From an uncultured Planctomycetia bacterium (GTDB lineage Bacteria > Omnitrophota > Gorgyraeia > Gorgyraeales > Gorgyraeaceae), in contig CAYPYS010000002.1 in assembly GCA_964415355.1 (NCBI GenBank), positions 138,475 through 202,474 on the forward strand: a stretch of DNA of 64,000 nucleotides, in the 5' to 3' direction. Below the pieces are notes generated by a model. The model saw only the letters and a list, made by a program, of their open reading frames with translations, did no database searches and was not told where the DNA came from. The stretch's first letter is position 1; every line of letters begins with the position of its first letter. Both the position numbers and the translations under genes were made by a program. Shown here in pieces: positions 18,797 to 28,471 of the stretch.

Positions 18797-21470
18797 GGGA
18801 TTCCTTTGTTTCTAGCCAGTTCTTGCCGTGTTTGACGCTTACCTTCACAGGTACCCTTAGCTTTACAGCGCCTTCCATCCTGTTTTTTATAAGAGTGCAC
18901 ATCACATCAAGCTCTTCCTCCGGCACTTCGAATACCAGCTCATCGTGCACCTGTAATATCATCTTTGAGGAAAGTTTTTTCTTTTTCAGGTCTTCGTGGA
19001 TATTGATCATGGCAATCTTTATAAGATCTGCCGCAGATCCCTGTATGGGAGTATTGATAGCTATTCTCTCAGCCTGCTGTTGCTCCTTCATGTTTCCGTT
19101 CATGATCTCAGGGATATATCTACGCCTGTTAAAAAGCGTTGTCACGTAACCCGCGTCTCTCGCTTCTTCTATTTTTTCTTCCATGTATATCTTGACCCGG
19201 GGGTATCTTTCGAAATAAGAGTCTATGAAGTTCTGCGCGCTCGCCGGATCGATAGTAAGGCCCCTGGACAGTCCAAACGCGCTCATGCCGTAGACTATGC
19301 CGAAATTTACAGCCTTTGCATTCGACCTCATCTCAGGCGTGACATCTTTTTCATCGACACCAAAGACCAGGGAAGCTGTATGCGCGTGGATATCCATTTC
19401 TTTTTCAAAGGCAGTTATGAGCTGTTCATCTTCTGATAAATGAGCCAGTATCCTTAACTCTATTTGAGAATAATCCGCAGCTACGATCAGGTTTCCTTTA
19501 TCCCCGATAAAGGCCCTTCTGATCTGCCGGCCCTGATCTGTTTTAATAGGTATGTTTTGTAGATTAGGGTTACTGGAAGAAAGCCTCCCCGTAGCTGTGA
19601 CGGTTTGGTTGAATGAAGTATGAAGTCTTTTGGTTTTTGGGTTTATGAGTTCTGGCAGGGCATCTATATAGGTAGATTTTAATTTGGTCAACTCTCTGTA
19701 ACGTAAAAGCTCCTTTGGTAAGGGGTGCACTGCTGACAATCTTTCCAGTACGCTCACATCAGTAGAGACGCCTGTCTTTGTTTTCTTTATAACAGGCAAC
19801 CTCATTTTTTCAAACAGCACCTCGCTAAGCTGCTTTGGTGAATTTATATTAAACTCCTCTCCTGCCATTTTATAGATATTTGCCACGATCCCGGATAGTT
19901 CTTTTTCCGTAGACTTGGATGTTTTTTTCAAAAATTCAACATCGATCTTTACGCCGTTCTCTTCTATCTCGCAAAGTACATCTATTAAAGGAAGTTCTAT
20001 CTCTTTAAAAAGCTTATCCAGCTCCTTTTTAAAAAGTGCACCTTCAAAGACTTTTTTCAACCTCAGGGTCACATCGCTGTCTTCGCAGGAATACCGGGAA
20101 ATTCTGTCCAAAGGGACTTCTCGCATAGTTATCTTCTTCTTGCCGGTTCCCAAGAGGCCAGCCAAAGAGATATTTTTATGGCTGAGGTGTTCAAATGCAA
20201 GATCGTCTAAATTATGGTTCATTTTTGAAGGGTTCAGCAAATAAGAGGCTACCATGGTATCAAACTCGATCCCCTTTAAAACTATGCCATATCTAGAAAG
20301 CACCAGTTTTTCATATTTTATATTCTGTCCTGTCTTTTTCACTTTTTCGTCTTCCAATAGCGGCTTAAGCGCTTTAAACGCGTATTTAATATCCACGCCC
20401 TGTTTTTCACCAAGCAATGGCACATAATATGCCTTGCTTTCTTCCCAGCAAAAAGAAATGCCAATGGCTTCTGCGGTCAAGGGATCTGGCCCAGTAGTCT
20501 CGAAGTCCAGCACAAATGCTTTTTGTTTCTTTAGTTTCGCCACGAATTCGTCGAATTCCTTTTTGCCGGCAATGGTCTTGTAGCAGGCCTCTCGCCGCAC
20601 GTCTGAGTCGTCGGAAGCGATTTCCTTGGCAAGGGTTTTGAATTCCAGCTCTTTAAAAATCTGAAGAAGCATTGTGCTGTCAGGTTCTGTTACCTGCATT
20701 GCATCGAGTTTTATGTCTAAAGGTACGGATATGTCCACAGTAGCCAGCTCCTTTGACATCCTGGCGTTTTCTTCTTCTTTTTCCAATAGCTGCCTTTTTG
20801 ACTCGCTTTTTATCTTGTCAAGATTGTCGTACAGGTTTTCTATGTCGGTAAATTCTCTTATTATCTCGATAGCTGTCTTTTCTCCTATACCTTTCACCCC
20901 GGGTATGTTATCGCTCGCGTCGCCTGCAAGCGCCATGAAATCCACGATATTTTCAGGTCCTAAGCCGGAGAATCTCTCCTTGACGGATTTTTTGTCATAG
21001 ACAAGACCTTCTTTGTGCGTGCTGTATATCTTTATATCGTCATTGACTAGCTGCAATGCGTCCTTGTCGCCCGTGACGATATAGACGCTTATGCCTTCCT
21101 TCGATATCTTTTTTGCTACAGTAGCCAGCACGTCGTCTGCCTCATATCCCTGTAATTCGAATATCGGGATATTATAGGCCTGGACAGTCTTTTTTATCAG
21201 AGGCAGTTGCGATACAAGATCGTCCGGCATTGGCTTTCTTTTGATTTTATAGTCTTTAAACTTTTTGTGCCTGAACGTAGGCCCTTTTAGATCGAACGCC
21301 ACAGCAAGATAATCAGGTCTCTCTGCCCCAAGCAGTTTTTTGAGCATCAATATGAATCCGTAGACAGCGTTTGTAGGCTGCCCCTTGGAGTTTTTAAGGT
21401 CTTTGATGGCGTAATACGCCCTGTAGCAATAAGAATTCCCGTCTATCAAGAAGAGCTTCTTTTTTTTCAT
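18792..21470 (-). CDS. polA: DNA polymerase I
   Basis: 892 aa with a 5'-3' exonuclease domain, 3'-5' exo-like domain and family A polymerase domain (…RRAAKAVNFGIVYG…QVHDELVFEV). Confidence 0.95.
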   Translation of the reverse strand: MKKKKLFLIDGNSYCYRAYYAIKDLKNSKGQPTNAVYGFILMLKKLLGAERPDYLAVAFDLKGPTFRHKKFKDYKIKRKPMPDDLVSQLPLIKKTVQAYNIPIFELQGYEADDVLATVAKKISKEGISVYIVTGDKDALQLVNDDIKIYSTHKEGLVYDKKSVKERFSGLGPENIVDFMALAGDASDNIPGVKGIGEKTAIEIIREFTDIENLYDNLDKIKSESKRQLLEKEEENARMSKELATVDISVPLDIKLDAMQVTEPDSTMLLQIFKELEFKTLAKEIASDDSDVRREACYKTIAGKKEFDEFVAKLKKQKAFVLDFETTGPDPLTAEAIGISFCWEESKAYYVPLLGEKQGVDIKYAFKALKPLLEDEKVKKTGQNIKYEKLVLSRYGIVLKGIEFDTMVASYLLNPSKMNHNLDDLAFEHLSHKNISLAGLLGTGKKKITMREVPLDRISRYSCEDSDVTLRLKKVFEGALFKKELDKLFKEIELPLIDVLCEIEENGVKIDVEFLKKTSKSTEKELSGIVANIYKMAGEEFNINSPKQLSEVLFEKMRLPVIKKTKTGVSTDVSVLERLSAVHPLPKELLRYRELTKLKSTYIDALPELINPKTKRLHTSFNQTVTATGRLSSSNPNLQNIPIKTDQGRQIRRAFIGDKGNLIVAADYSQIELRILAHLSEDEQLITAFEKEMDIHAHTASLVFGVDEKDVTPEMRSNAKAVNFGIVYGMSAFGLSRGLTIDPASAQNFIDSYFERYPRVKIYMEEKIEEARDAGYVTTLFNRRRYIPEIMNGNMKEQQQAERIAINTPIQGSAADLIKIAMINIHEDLKKKKLSSKMILQVHDELVFEVPEEELDVMCTLIKNRMEGAVKLRVPVKVSVKHGKNWLETKESP

Positions 21471-21546
21471 TATATTATCACATCTTTATTTGATATGGAA
21501 TTTTGTATAGAACGGATGGATTTAGATATCGTTAGGTATCAGTAGA

Positions 21547-22695
21547 TCATTCCGGCACCATATCGAGTATTGTCTCAAATTCTTCTCTCGCGCCGGCATG
21601 ATCATTCTGGTGGTAAAGTAGAATACCTTTGTTATAATGGTCCTCTATCCTCTCCTCCTTCATTTTATCTTTTACAATCTCTTCTAATTCCAGCAGGGCC
21701 AGGTCATCCGGATATGTTCTTTTCGCTATCCTTATCGTATCCAGGGCGTGGGAATATTCCCCTTTTTTATAATAACTATTAGCCTTGGAATAATAGGCCT
21801 TGGCTTTAGGGCTTGACTTCGGTATCTGGATTTCCTTTTTTGGCCTCGAGGTCTTTGCCTCTGGTATCTTTTCGGAAGCGTCTTTCTTTATACTTTCGAT
21901 ATTTGCCCCGCCTCTCTTTTTATCTCTTTCTCTTTTCAGTCTCTCCTCTGCCAGCCGCAGTGACTTTTGGATCTCTGTTTGCAGCGCCGATTTTCTGGCA
22001 GTTTCAACCCTCTCTGTTCTCTTTGTTTTTCTTTCTGCTTTAGGTTTGGATCCCAGGCGCGTCCAGCCTTTTGATTCTGGTTTTTTAACAGTGATATCTT
22101 TTTTTTCTTTTTGTATATTCTTTTTTGCCCGACTCTTGGTATAGCTAGACTCTCTTTCTCTGGCAGGCTTGATCTTCGCGCTTTTGCTTCTGGACCCGAG
22201 TAATCCCAGCTTCTCAAGGCGCTGCCTGGCTTCTTCTTTCCACGTGTCTCCTGGTTCGCCGAGCCTGTATCTCTTCATCCAGTGAAACGCGGCCTTTTCC
22301 AGCTCGCCTTTTCTCTCGTAAAGAAGCGCTAAATTTGTATGCGCTTTTGCATAACTCCTGTCTATTGTCAGGGCCTTTTGATATTCTGATTCTGCCCTGT
22401 CAAGCAGGCCTTTTGCCTCGTATAAGATCCCGAGATCATTATGAGGCGTCGCGTAATTAAGATCGAGCTCAGCTGCTTTCTGATAGTATGAGATAGCAGT
22501 ATCAATATCTCCTATGTCCTGAGCCTTAAAGCCTTCTTCGCGATAAGAAACAGCCTCTTCCGAGAAACTCCCAGCGTATATATACCTGTTATTTAAAAGG
22601 GAGATGGAGGAAATAAGAAAAAATATTATTGCGACCCTGATAAATATGTATAAATATTTACCCATTAACCCCTCTTTTTGACATAAGTCTATCAT
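21547..22695 (-). CDS. TPR-repeat protein with an N-terminal membrane anchor and a long Lys/Arg/Glu-rich low-complexity linker
   Basis: 382 aa with TPR-like motifs at both ends (…AISYYQKAAELDLNYATPHNDLGILYEAKG…). Confidence 0.55.
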   Translation of the reverse strand: MIDLCQKEGLMGKYLYIFIRVAIIFFLISSISLLNNRYIYAGSFSEEAVSYREEGFKAQDIGDIDTAISYYQKAAELDLNYATPHNDLGILYEAKGLLDRAESEYQKALTIDRSYAKAHTNLALLYERKGELEKAAFHWMKRYRLGEPGDTWKEEARQRLEKLGLLGSRSKSAKIKPARERESSYTKSRAKKNIQKEKKDITVKKPESKGWTRLGSKPKAERKTKRTERVETARKSALQTEIQKSLRLAEERLKRERDKKRGGANIESIKKDASEKIPEAKTSRPKKEIQIPKSSPKAKAYYSKANSYYKKGEYSHALDTIRIAKRTYPDDLALLELEEIVKDKMKEERIEDHYNKGILLYHQNDHAGAREEFETILDMVPE

Positions 22696-22727
22696 ATCGA
22701 ATTTGTTGCGTCAAGGAAAAATCCCCT

Positions 22728-22766
22728 TAACTTTACATTTCAACAACGTTAAAGTGTAAAGTTAGG
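22728..22766. repeat. REP-like palindromic intergenic repeat copy
   Basis: taactttacatttcaacaacgttaaagtgtaaagttagg, between the BNR-protein gene and the TPR gene. Confidence 0.9.
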
Positions 22767-22768
22767 AA

Positions 22769-24283
22769 TTAGAGATTTGTCTGTTTTGAAAAGTAGCCGC
22801 CGGTGAAAGCGTCCAAATCAGCCGTAAGCTCTTGAATGCGCAGGTCTATTTCCAGTTTTTCTCTCAAGTCTTCCGGCGGCGAGAGGTGTGTTTCTATCTG
22901 CAGTCTCCTGCGTTCAAAATAAGTCCTTGTGATCTCGTCTAGGATATCGTCCCTGAGCTGCACCATTAGCCGCGACCTCGTGTCGATGCTCGTCTGATCA
23001 TCATTCCAGACAAGTTCGCCAAGGTCCCAGGACATGGTCACATCCCAGGATATAACATCATCACCTTTTGTCAACACATCAGGATTCTGTCCCGCATCCC
23101 AATGATAATAGTCAGTGACATATCTATCCAGCCCTACGGATAAATCCGGGAGCAGTGCTTTCTTGCTCGCGGCGCTCCTCCATTCTTTGATCTTTTCAGG
23201 GTGGACTTCTGCGTACTTGATAGCTATTTCCTGCACCTCTCTTATTGTCGGTTCGTTTTTAAATCGTTCGATCACGTCATCCTTTTTAAAATCGAGCTGG
23301 GTTTTTTCTGAAAAAAGGACAGCATTTTTCAGATCTATCCTGTACAGGCCTTTGTCTGTCGCAGCCCAGAGTTTCGCGTCATCTGCCGACACGGATCTTG
23401 CCTCGCTGGTGCTCATGCCTTTATAGAGCGATGTCCATATTTTATTTTCATCATTAAAAACAAAGACCCCTTTATCAGTCGCGGCAAACAGCGCGTCGAG
23501 GGATAAAAGACGCTTTACTTTCAGAGAAGACAGCCCTGTTAAGGGAAATCTTTTCCAGCTTTGCCCTTTGTCCTCGCTCATGAATATCCCGTAATCAGTC
23601 GCAAGCAATAATCTCTTCTCCTCGACAAGGGCGCTGTTAATAGGCCTTGTCGCAATAGCTGAAGAGTCTGTCGAATCACTGTCGTATCCTGCTTCTTCTG
23701 TATATGTTACAAATATTCTTTTCCAATTAGAATCTTTTCCTCTATGTGCGCCGTTTTCAGTGATAAGCAAGATCTCGTCATCCATAAAAGAAATCCACTT
23801 TACGCCTATATTGCCTGCTTCACCTGTATCCTTTTCCCATGTCGCACCGCTGTCGCTGCTGGCGAACAGGCCGCCTCCTGTTCCGACGTAGATCCTGTTA
23901 TCTGTAAACGCGATACACAAGACATTATTTTCTTCAGAGCTCAAGCCTTTAAATATTCTTTTCCAATTTGATCTGCCATTTTCGCTTCTAAAGAGTCCTC
24001 TTTTCGTGCAAACAAATGCGCTGCCGTCAGCAGAAGCCCCTATAAAATTAATAATGTTTGTATCGCCGCTTGTGGAAAAGACCGCGGACCATTTTTTGCC
24101 ATTATCTTTGCTCATGTATAAAGTCTTTGAGGCTGAGGCGTAGATGGTGCCTTTTTCATGAGGCAATGTTATGATTTCTTTTATGTCTGGATCCTTGATC
24201 CCGGAAACCAGTGTCCATGCTTCATCGGCCACGCAATCACCGCAAAAAATAAAAAATAACAACACGATAAAAAAATACTTCAT
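22769..24283 (-). CDS. Secreted BNR/Asp-box repeat (beta-propeller, Ycf48/sialidase-like) protein with an uncharacterised C-terminal domain
   Basis: 504 aa with a signal peptide (MKYFFIVLLFFIFCG) and several S-x-D-x-G-x-(T/S)-W Asp-box motifs (SDSGATWEKD, EDKGQSWKRF). Confidence 0.5.
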   Translation of the reverse strand: MKYFFIVLLFFIFCGDCVADEAWTLVSGIKDPDIKEIITLPHEKGTIYASASKTLYMSKDNGKKWSAVFSTSGDTNIINFIGASADGSAFVCTKRGLFRSENGRSNWKRIFKGLSSEENNVLCIAFTDNRIYVGTGGGLFASSDSGATWEKDTGEAGNIGVKWISFMDDEILLITENGAHRGKDSNWKRIFVTYTEEAGYDSDSTDSSAIATRPINSALVEEKRLLLATDYGIFMSEDKGQSWKRFPLTGLSSLKVKRLLSLDALFAATDKGVFVFNDENKIWTSLYKGMSTSEARSVSADDAKLWAATDKGLYRIDLKNAVLFSEKTQLDFKKDDVIERFKNEPTIREVQEIAIKYAEVHPEKIKEWRSAASKKALLPDLSVGLDRYVTDYYHWDAGQNPDVLTKGDDVISWDVTMSWDLGELVWNDDQTSIDTRSRLMVQLRDDILDEITRTYFERRRLQIETHLSPPEDLREKLEIDLRIQELTADLDAFTGGYFSKQTNL

Positions 24284-24299
24284 AACTGCCCCCTTTTTT

Positions 24300-24336
24300 T
24301 AACTTTACATTTCAACAACGTTAAAATGTAAAGTTA
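24300..24336. repeat. REP-like repeat copy, adjacent to a GC hairpin
   Basis: taactttacatttcaacaacgttaaaatgtaaagtta, about 16 nt upstream of the BNR-protein gene start. Confidence 0.9.
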
Positions 24337-24338
24337 AT

Positions 24339-24365
24339 ATGTCATTCCCGCGAAAACGGGAATCT
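24339..24365. repeat. GC-rich hairpin element (second repeat family), copy 1
   Basis: atgtcattcccgcgaaaacgggaatct: a 7-bp stem ATTCCCG/CGGGAAT flanked by GTCAT. Confidence 0.7.
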
Positions 24366-24489
24366 TCTATTGGCAAGACACTCGACATCTGGACTTTCTT
24401 TCAGAAAATTTTAAGAATAGATGGATAGGTTCAGTATACTACTGTATCGGAAAAGCAATCAAGGCAGGAAATCGTGACTACGGGACATT

Positions 24490-25290
24490 CTATTTTTTAT
24501 CTACCCTCTTCAACAGGACCGCGCTGAATTCATTGCTCGTAAACGGCATAGGCCCGAACTGTTTTTCGACGATGTAATTCTTTTCTAAGTAACGGATGAT
24601 CTCATGGGCATAGTCTATTCCAAATCTCGCTGCCCCGTATTCTGATGTGTTTCGCGGTAAAATGGCTGCGTAGGAAACCTTTTTTTCTTCAAGGGTATCG
24701 ACTACCATTTTTTCAGAAGCACTCTCTGCTAGATCCAGAGGAAAGTATGTAAATCTGTATGCCGGGTTTTTTCTTTCAGCTAAAAAATTTAACATCAAGC
24801 CTTCTGGGAAGACAACGAGCGAATCAGACGGCCCTGTATTATGTATGAGGTAATCCAGGAGCTCTTTTACCCTATTGTAAGCGGGATAAACAAAGATGTT
24901 TCCTTTTTCCGTAGATATTTCTAATGTGCGATTTTTATAAGCATAGGCTGATATAGACGCATGACTCACGATAAATGCAATAGATACGATTACGAAAGCA
25001 GACCTGCAAAAACGCTGTGATATTTTATTTGTTGACGTTTCAGGGACCATCTTTAGAAAAAATATGTAATAGCACAGCATGCCCGGGACAAGCAAATAGA
25101 AACCATACTGGCCTGCCCAGGTCTTAAATAGTATGCGCGTTAATAGCAGGATCGAAAAAATAGAAAAAACCATTAAGAATAAAAACCTTTTTTGCCGAGT
25201 CTTCAAATAGCTCTTATATGCTATGACGCCAAGCGAGATGCATATGAGCGGGGTGCATAGATATTGCATGTAATACGGGAAAAACCTCAC
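24490..25290 (-). CDS. Membrane protein, possibly the C-terminal part of a split GT-C (ArnT/PMT-like) glycosyltransferase
   Basis: 266 aa with N-terminal TM helices then a soluble domain. Overlaps the upstream ORF by 77 nt in another frame. Confidence 0.4.
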   Translation of the reverse strand: MRFFPYYMQYLCTPLICISLGVIAYKSYLKTRQKRFLFLMVFSIFSILLLTRILFKTWAGQYGFYLLVPGMLCYYIFFLKMVPETSTNKISQRFCRSAFVIVSIAFIVSHASISAYAYKNRTLEISTEKGNIFVYPAYNRVKELLDYLIHNTGPSDSLVVFPEGLMLNFLAERKNPAYRFTYFPLDLAESASEKMVVDTLEEKKVSYAAILPRNTSEYGAARFGIDYAHEIIRYLEKNYIVEKQFGPMPFTSNEFSAVLLKRVDKK

Positions 25291-26203
25291 CTGGACAAAA
25301 ATGGACGCTTGCTATGACGGCCATAGCAAGCGGCATCGCGATGATTTTTTTCTTTTTAGACAATATCGATCCTGCGAAGAAAAATAAGCTGCTTATGGCG
25401 AGGTAATAAAGTGTTATCTTGAGGATCGATGCTATATTAAAAGACAGATTATCTGCGCCCATGAGTCTGGCAGTGAAAGGTGCGGTCAGGTCCAGGTTCT
25501 TCAGGAGCAGGTTTATATCTCCTGTGCCGGCAAATGCTGCATAGACGAGACCGGCTGCGATGAGTGGGAACATGCAGCGCAGGCCTATGTCTTTTACGCG
25601 ACTTCTGGATGCAAGCAGGCTGCCTATGAAAAGTGAAATAATAAGCGCTATACCTATCTCCAGTCTTGTGATCAATGTCAATGTCGATAAAAGAACCAGT
25701 GCGCATGAATACATTGGCCTCTTTCCGTCAAGTATACGGTAGTAGAAAAATAAGGCCGCAGTCGCTAGCGTGATACCATGGGTCGCTGAATAAGTGTAAG
25801 GTATTATGAAATTAAAGATGCCTGACTCGTAGTATTGCCCAAACGCGAACACAAAAAGAAAAGTGAGAACAGAAAAAGTCGAGAGCCGGGGATTTAGAAA
25901 GACGCGGGATATTTTATATATAAGAAAAGACAATAGCGCGGTCGTAAGTGCGCCGCTTATAACCATGGTGTTGATATTCATGCCGAAAACAGAGCACAGA
26001 AATGCGTTGAAATGCGGCGAAAAAGGGCCATACTGATACAATACGTCTCTATATAAGCTGTCCCCTGAGAGTATCCTCCATGGCACATACAGTTCTCTGC
26101 CTGTGTCAATGATAACACTGCCCCACTTAAGCCACGAGACTTTAAGTAGAAGGATAAAAACACACGCGATAATCAAAAATGGAATATATTTTCTTTTGCG
26201 CAT
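25214..26203 (-). CDS. Polytopic membrane protein, GT-C (ArnT/PMT-like) glycosyltransferase-like N-terminal part. The track start 26278 is a repeat-derived extension; the likely start is the MRKRKYIPFLII ATG at 26203.
   Basis: More than 10 predicted TM segments. Overall ArnT-like topology. Confidence 0.45.
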   Translation of the reverse strand: MRKRKYIPFLIIACVFILLLKVSWLKWGSVIIDTGRELYVPWRILSGDSLYRDVLYQYGPFSPHFNAFLCSVFGMNINTMVISGALTTALLSFLIYKISRVFLNPRLSTFSVLTFLFVFAFGQYYESGIFNFIIPYTYSATHGITLATAALFFYYRILDGKRPMYSCALVLLSTLTLITRLEIGIALIISLFIGSLLASRSRVKDIGLRCMFPLIAAGLVYAAFAGTGDINLLLKNLDLTAPFTARLMGADNLSFNIASILKITLYYLAISSLFFFAGSILSKKKKIIAMPLAMAVIASVHFCPGEVFPVLHAISMHPAHMHLAWRHSI

Positions 26204-26208
26204 TATGG

Positions 26209-26256
26209 ATTCCCGCTGGAGTTTATCCCCGCGAAAGCGGGGGCGAGAATGACACG
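26209..26256. repeat. Degenerate GC-hairpin element next to a repeat copy
   Basis: gattcccgctggagtttatccccgcgaaagcgggggcgagaatgacacgcg. Shares the ATTCCCGC and GAATGAC ends and an internal CCCCGC-gaaa-GCGGGG hairpin. Confidence 0.5.
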
Positions 26257-26259
26257 CGT

Positions 26260-26297
26260 TAACTTTACACTTCAACAACGTTAAAGTGTAAAGTTAG
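26260..26297. repeat. REP-like palindromic intergenic repeat copy
   Basis: taactttacacttcaacaacgttaaagtgtaaagttagg. Encodes the C-terminal residues and stop of the GT2 gene. Confidence 0.9.
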
Positions 26298-27095
26298 GTC
26301 CAGATAATATTGACCTTCCTGTATCCTGCCGCGCTTCAAACACCCGTTTCCGTATATCCGACATTTCTTTTTAAGTTCCTGTAGCGCGAGTTTTTTCTGC
26401 GAATCGTCAAGCGTCCCTGATTTCAGGATTTTTGCAATCGCCTGTATCCTGAAGCGGTCTATACCTGCTGCATAGATAGAAGAAACCTGATCCTCTCTGC
26501 CCCCGTCTTTTAATGTCAATGGCCTGTCCATAAGATAAAAAGAATGTTTTGCGCTCGTCCTTAACCAAAAATCATAATCTTCGCAGCAGGAGAGCTGTTC
26601 GTCGAAGAGCCCAATGGCATCGAAGAGCTGCCTCTGTACCATTGCCGTGGACATACTGACAACGCACAGAGGAAGGCACTTATCAAAAATATAACCGTGA
26701 AATTTTTTATGCCTTTTCTTTTGATTTAGAATCTCACCGTTTCTGTACCATGTCTCCTGGGTATGGGAGATGAGATATTGGGGATTTTTCTGCATTGCCT
26801 CTATTTGCAACGCGAGCTTTTCTCTGTCCCACCAATCATCAGAGTCCAAAAATGCTATAAAATCCCCCTTAGAGGCTTTTATGCCTGCATTTCGCGCAGA
26901 TGCAGGTCCTTTGTTTTGTTGTTTAATATACATAAGACGTCCGCTGAAATCAGATATGAGATCCGCTGTGCCATCTTCTGAGCCGTCGTCGACTATGATT
27001 AGTTCAAAATCCTTGAAGCTTTGCGAAAAAACAGATTCTATGGCTTTTTTTAAACGATGAACGCGATTAAAGGCAGGGATAATGACGCTGATCAT
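26265..27095 (-). CDS. Family 2 glycosyltransferase
   Basis: MISVIIPAFNRVHRLKKAIESVFSQSFKDFELIIVDDGSEDGT with a DxD motif (FLDSDD). The last ~10 codons (…[10 protein letters not shown]) are encoded by a repeat copy. Confidence 0.8.
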   Translation of the reverse strand: MISVIIPAFNRVHRLKKAIESVFSQSFKDFELIIVDDGSEDGTADLISDFSGRLMYIKQQNKGPASARNAGIKASKGDFIAFLDSDDWWDREKLALQIEAMQKNPQYLISHTQETWYRNGEILNQKKRHKKFHGYIFDKCLPLCVVSMSTAMVQRQLFDAIGLFDEQLSCCEDYDFWLRTSAKHSFYLMDRPLTLKDGGREDQVSSIYAAGIDRFRIQAIAKILKSGTLDDSQKKLALQELKKKCRIYGNGCLKRGRIQEGQYYLDLTLHFNVVEV

Positions 27096-27308
27096 TTATC
27101 TTGTCGGAAGAGGTAACTTATCAAGGGCGCTTTTGTATAAATAATTCAGATATCTGAAAAAATTACTCCAATTGATCCTGTGCTCTATAACGGTGTATTC
27201 TACGCCCATTTTTGTCTCTATTTTTCTATGCGTTTCCCAAGTGTTGCTCTTGAGAAAAACGGAAAGGAGTATGGCGAGCGCTATAATAAACAAGAACAGT
27301 CTTTTCAT
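27096..27308 (-). CDS. Small secreted or membrane protein of unknown function
   Basis: 70 aa with an N-terminal hydrophobic segment. Its stop abuts the GT2 start. Confidence 0.35.
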   Translation of the reverse strand: MKRLFLFIIALAILLSVFLKSNTWETHRKIETKMGVEYTVIEHRINWSNFFRYLNYLYKSALDKLPLPTR

Positions 27309-27405
27309 TTTTTTCTCCCTCTTAATAGATCTTTATGTATTTTCTTTTTTTCGCGCAGAAGCCTTGAGATATCTTTTTGCCTGCGGGTGACCTTTTGCTT
27401 CATGA

Positions 27406-27867
27406 TTATTCGACCCTGATCTTGCCTGTGCTCCCGATAATCGAGATAGTTTTTGAGTTGCCTTGCTTGTCGGTAATCGTGACAGAACCGCTTCCTTCCT
27501 CTATCGCGCCTGTGGTATAGAACGCGACTCGATCGCCTTCAAAGGTTATGGGATCTGCATCTTCTTCACTGCGATCTTCAAACTTTATAGACGGTGGAAG
27601 CCTGCGTTTTCTTTCAAAGAGTTTTCCTTCGTCATCCTCTATCCAGTACTCTGAGTTGTCTTTATCAAAGAAAACCACGTATTTCTGCCTGTATGTTATG
27701 GCATTGCTCTTCGCGACGCGCAGCGTGCCTAAAATAGCCCTCGCAGCTGTCTTTAGCCGCAGGCCTTTGCCAAATCCGGATGTAAATGGTAAGGAGAGGC
27801 CGAGTATCAATGTTATTACTGCAAGAACCACCAGCATCTCGACCAATGTAAAGGCTTGTTTTTTCAT
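27406..27867 (-). CDS. Minor pseudopilin, GspH/FimT-like (prepilin-type N-terminal cleavage/methylation domain)
   Basis: MKKQAFTLVEMLVVLAVITLILGL class III signal peptide. Confidence 0.7.
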   Translation of the reverse strand: MKKQAFTLVEMLVVLAVITLILGLSLPFTSGFGKGLRLKTAARAILGTLRVAKSNAITYRQKYVVFFDKDNSEYWIEDDEGKLFERKRRLPPSIKFEDRSEEDADPITFEGDRVAFYTTGAIEEGSGSVTITDKQGNSKTISIIGSTGKIRVE

Positions 27868-27890
27868 AGATATGAGTTTCTTTTTTTGCC

Positions 27891-27928
27891 TAACTTTACA
27901 CTTTAACGTTGTTAAAGTGTAAAGTTAG
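27891..27928. repeat. REP-like repeat copy (perfect palindrome), first of a tandem pair
   Basis: taactttacactttaacgttgttaaagtgtaaagttag. Confidence 0.9.
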
Positions 27929-27966
27929 TTAAGTATACATTTCAACAACGTTAAAATGTAAAGTTA
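27929..27966. repeat. REP-like repeat copy, mixed arms, second of a tandem pair
   Basis: ttaagtatacatttcaacaacgttaaaatgtaaagtta. Contains the GspG-like gene stop. Confidence 0.9.
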
Positions 27967-28398
27967 CCAATTGTTTATGTCGTCTCTTTCTGTGCCGTCG
28001 CCTTTTCCGTCCGGTCCCAGGGAATAGAGGTCATACATGTATTCATTGTGCACACCTGGGTTTACATAGACAAAGGCATTGCCCCACGCGTCCATGTATT
28101 CGCCATTTTCGTTGCGCTCCTTCTCTCTTATCTTAAGGTAAGGCCCGCTCCAGTCAAAATCCCCTGGATCTTCGGTGAGCGCGATCACAAGATTGCTGTT
28201 GCCGGAATCAGGATATGCGCCCATATCTGTCTCGTACATGCTGATCGCTGTTTCAATCGTTGCCAGCTGCGCCTTTGCCTTGGTAATCGCCCCGCGCTTT
28301 CTCGCCTGCTGCGCACCGCCTACCACCATCCCGGCCAATATAGTAATAATAGCTATTACAACCAAAAGCTCTATAAGTGTAAAACCTTTTCTCTTCAT
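27964..28398 (-). CDS. Major pseudopilin/pilin, GspG-like
   Basis: MKRKGFTLIELLVVIAIITILAGM plus the GspG-type motif …IETAISMYETDMGAYP. Confidence 0.8.
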   Translation of the reverse strand: MKRKGFTLIELLVVIAIITILAGMVVGGAQQARKRGAITKAKAQLATIETAISMYETDMGAYPDSGNSNLVIALTEDPGDFDWSGPYLKIREKERNENGEYMDAWGNAFVYVNPGVHNEYMYDLYSLGPDGKGDGTERDDINNW

Positions 28399-28417
28399 AC
28401 GTCACCTCATTTCCGGC

Positions 28418-28456
28418 TTAAGTATACATTTTAACATTGTTGAAATGTATACTTAA
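28418..28456. repeat. REP-like repeat copy, GTATACA-arm subtype
   Basis: ttaagtatacattttaacattgttgaaatgtatacttaa, between the PilB-like copy 1 and the GspG-like gene. Confidence 0.9.
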
Positions 28457-28471
28457 ATTATGTATGAGTAT

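Noticed and set aside
26209-26256. The GC-rich palindromes ATTCCCGC…GCGGGAAT as a tRNA fragment or integration att site.
   Set aside because: There is no cloverleaf-compatible sequence (no T-loop GTTCGAATC or D-arm). No integrase or tRNA gene is nearby. They are better described as a small hairpin repeat accompanying the main element.
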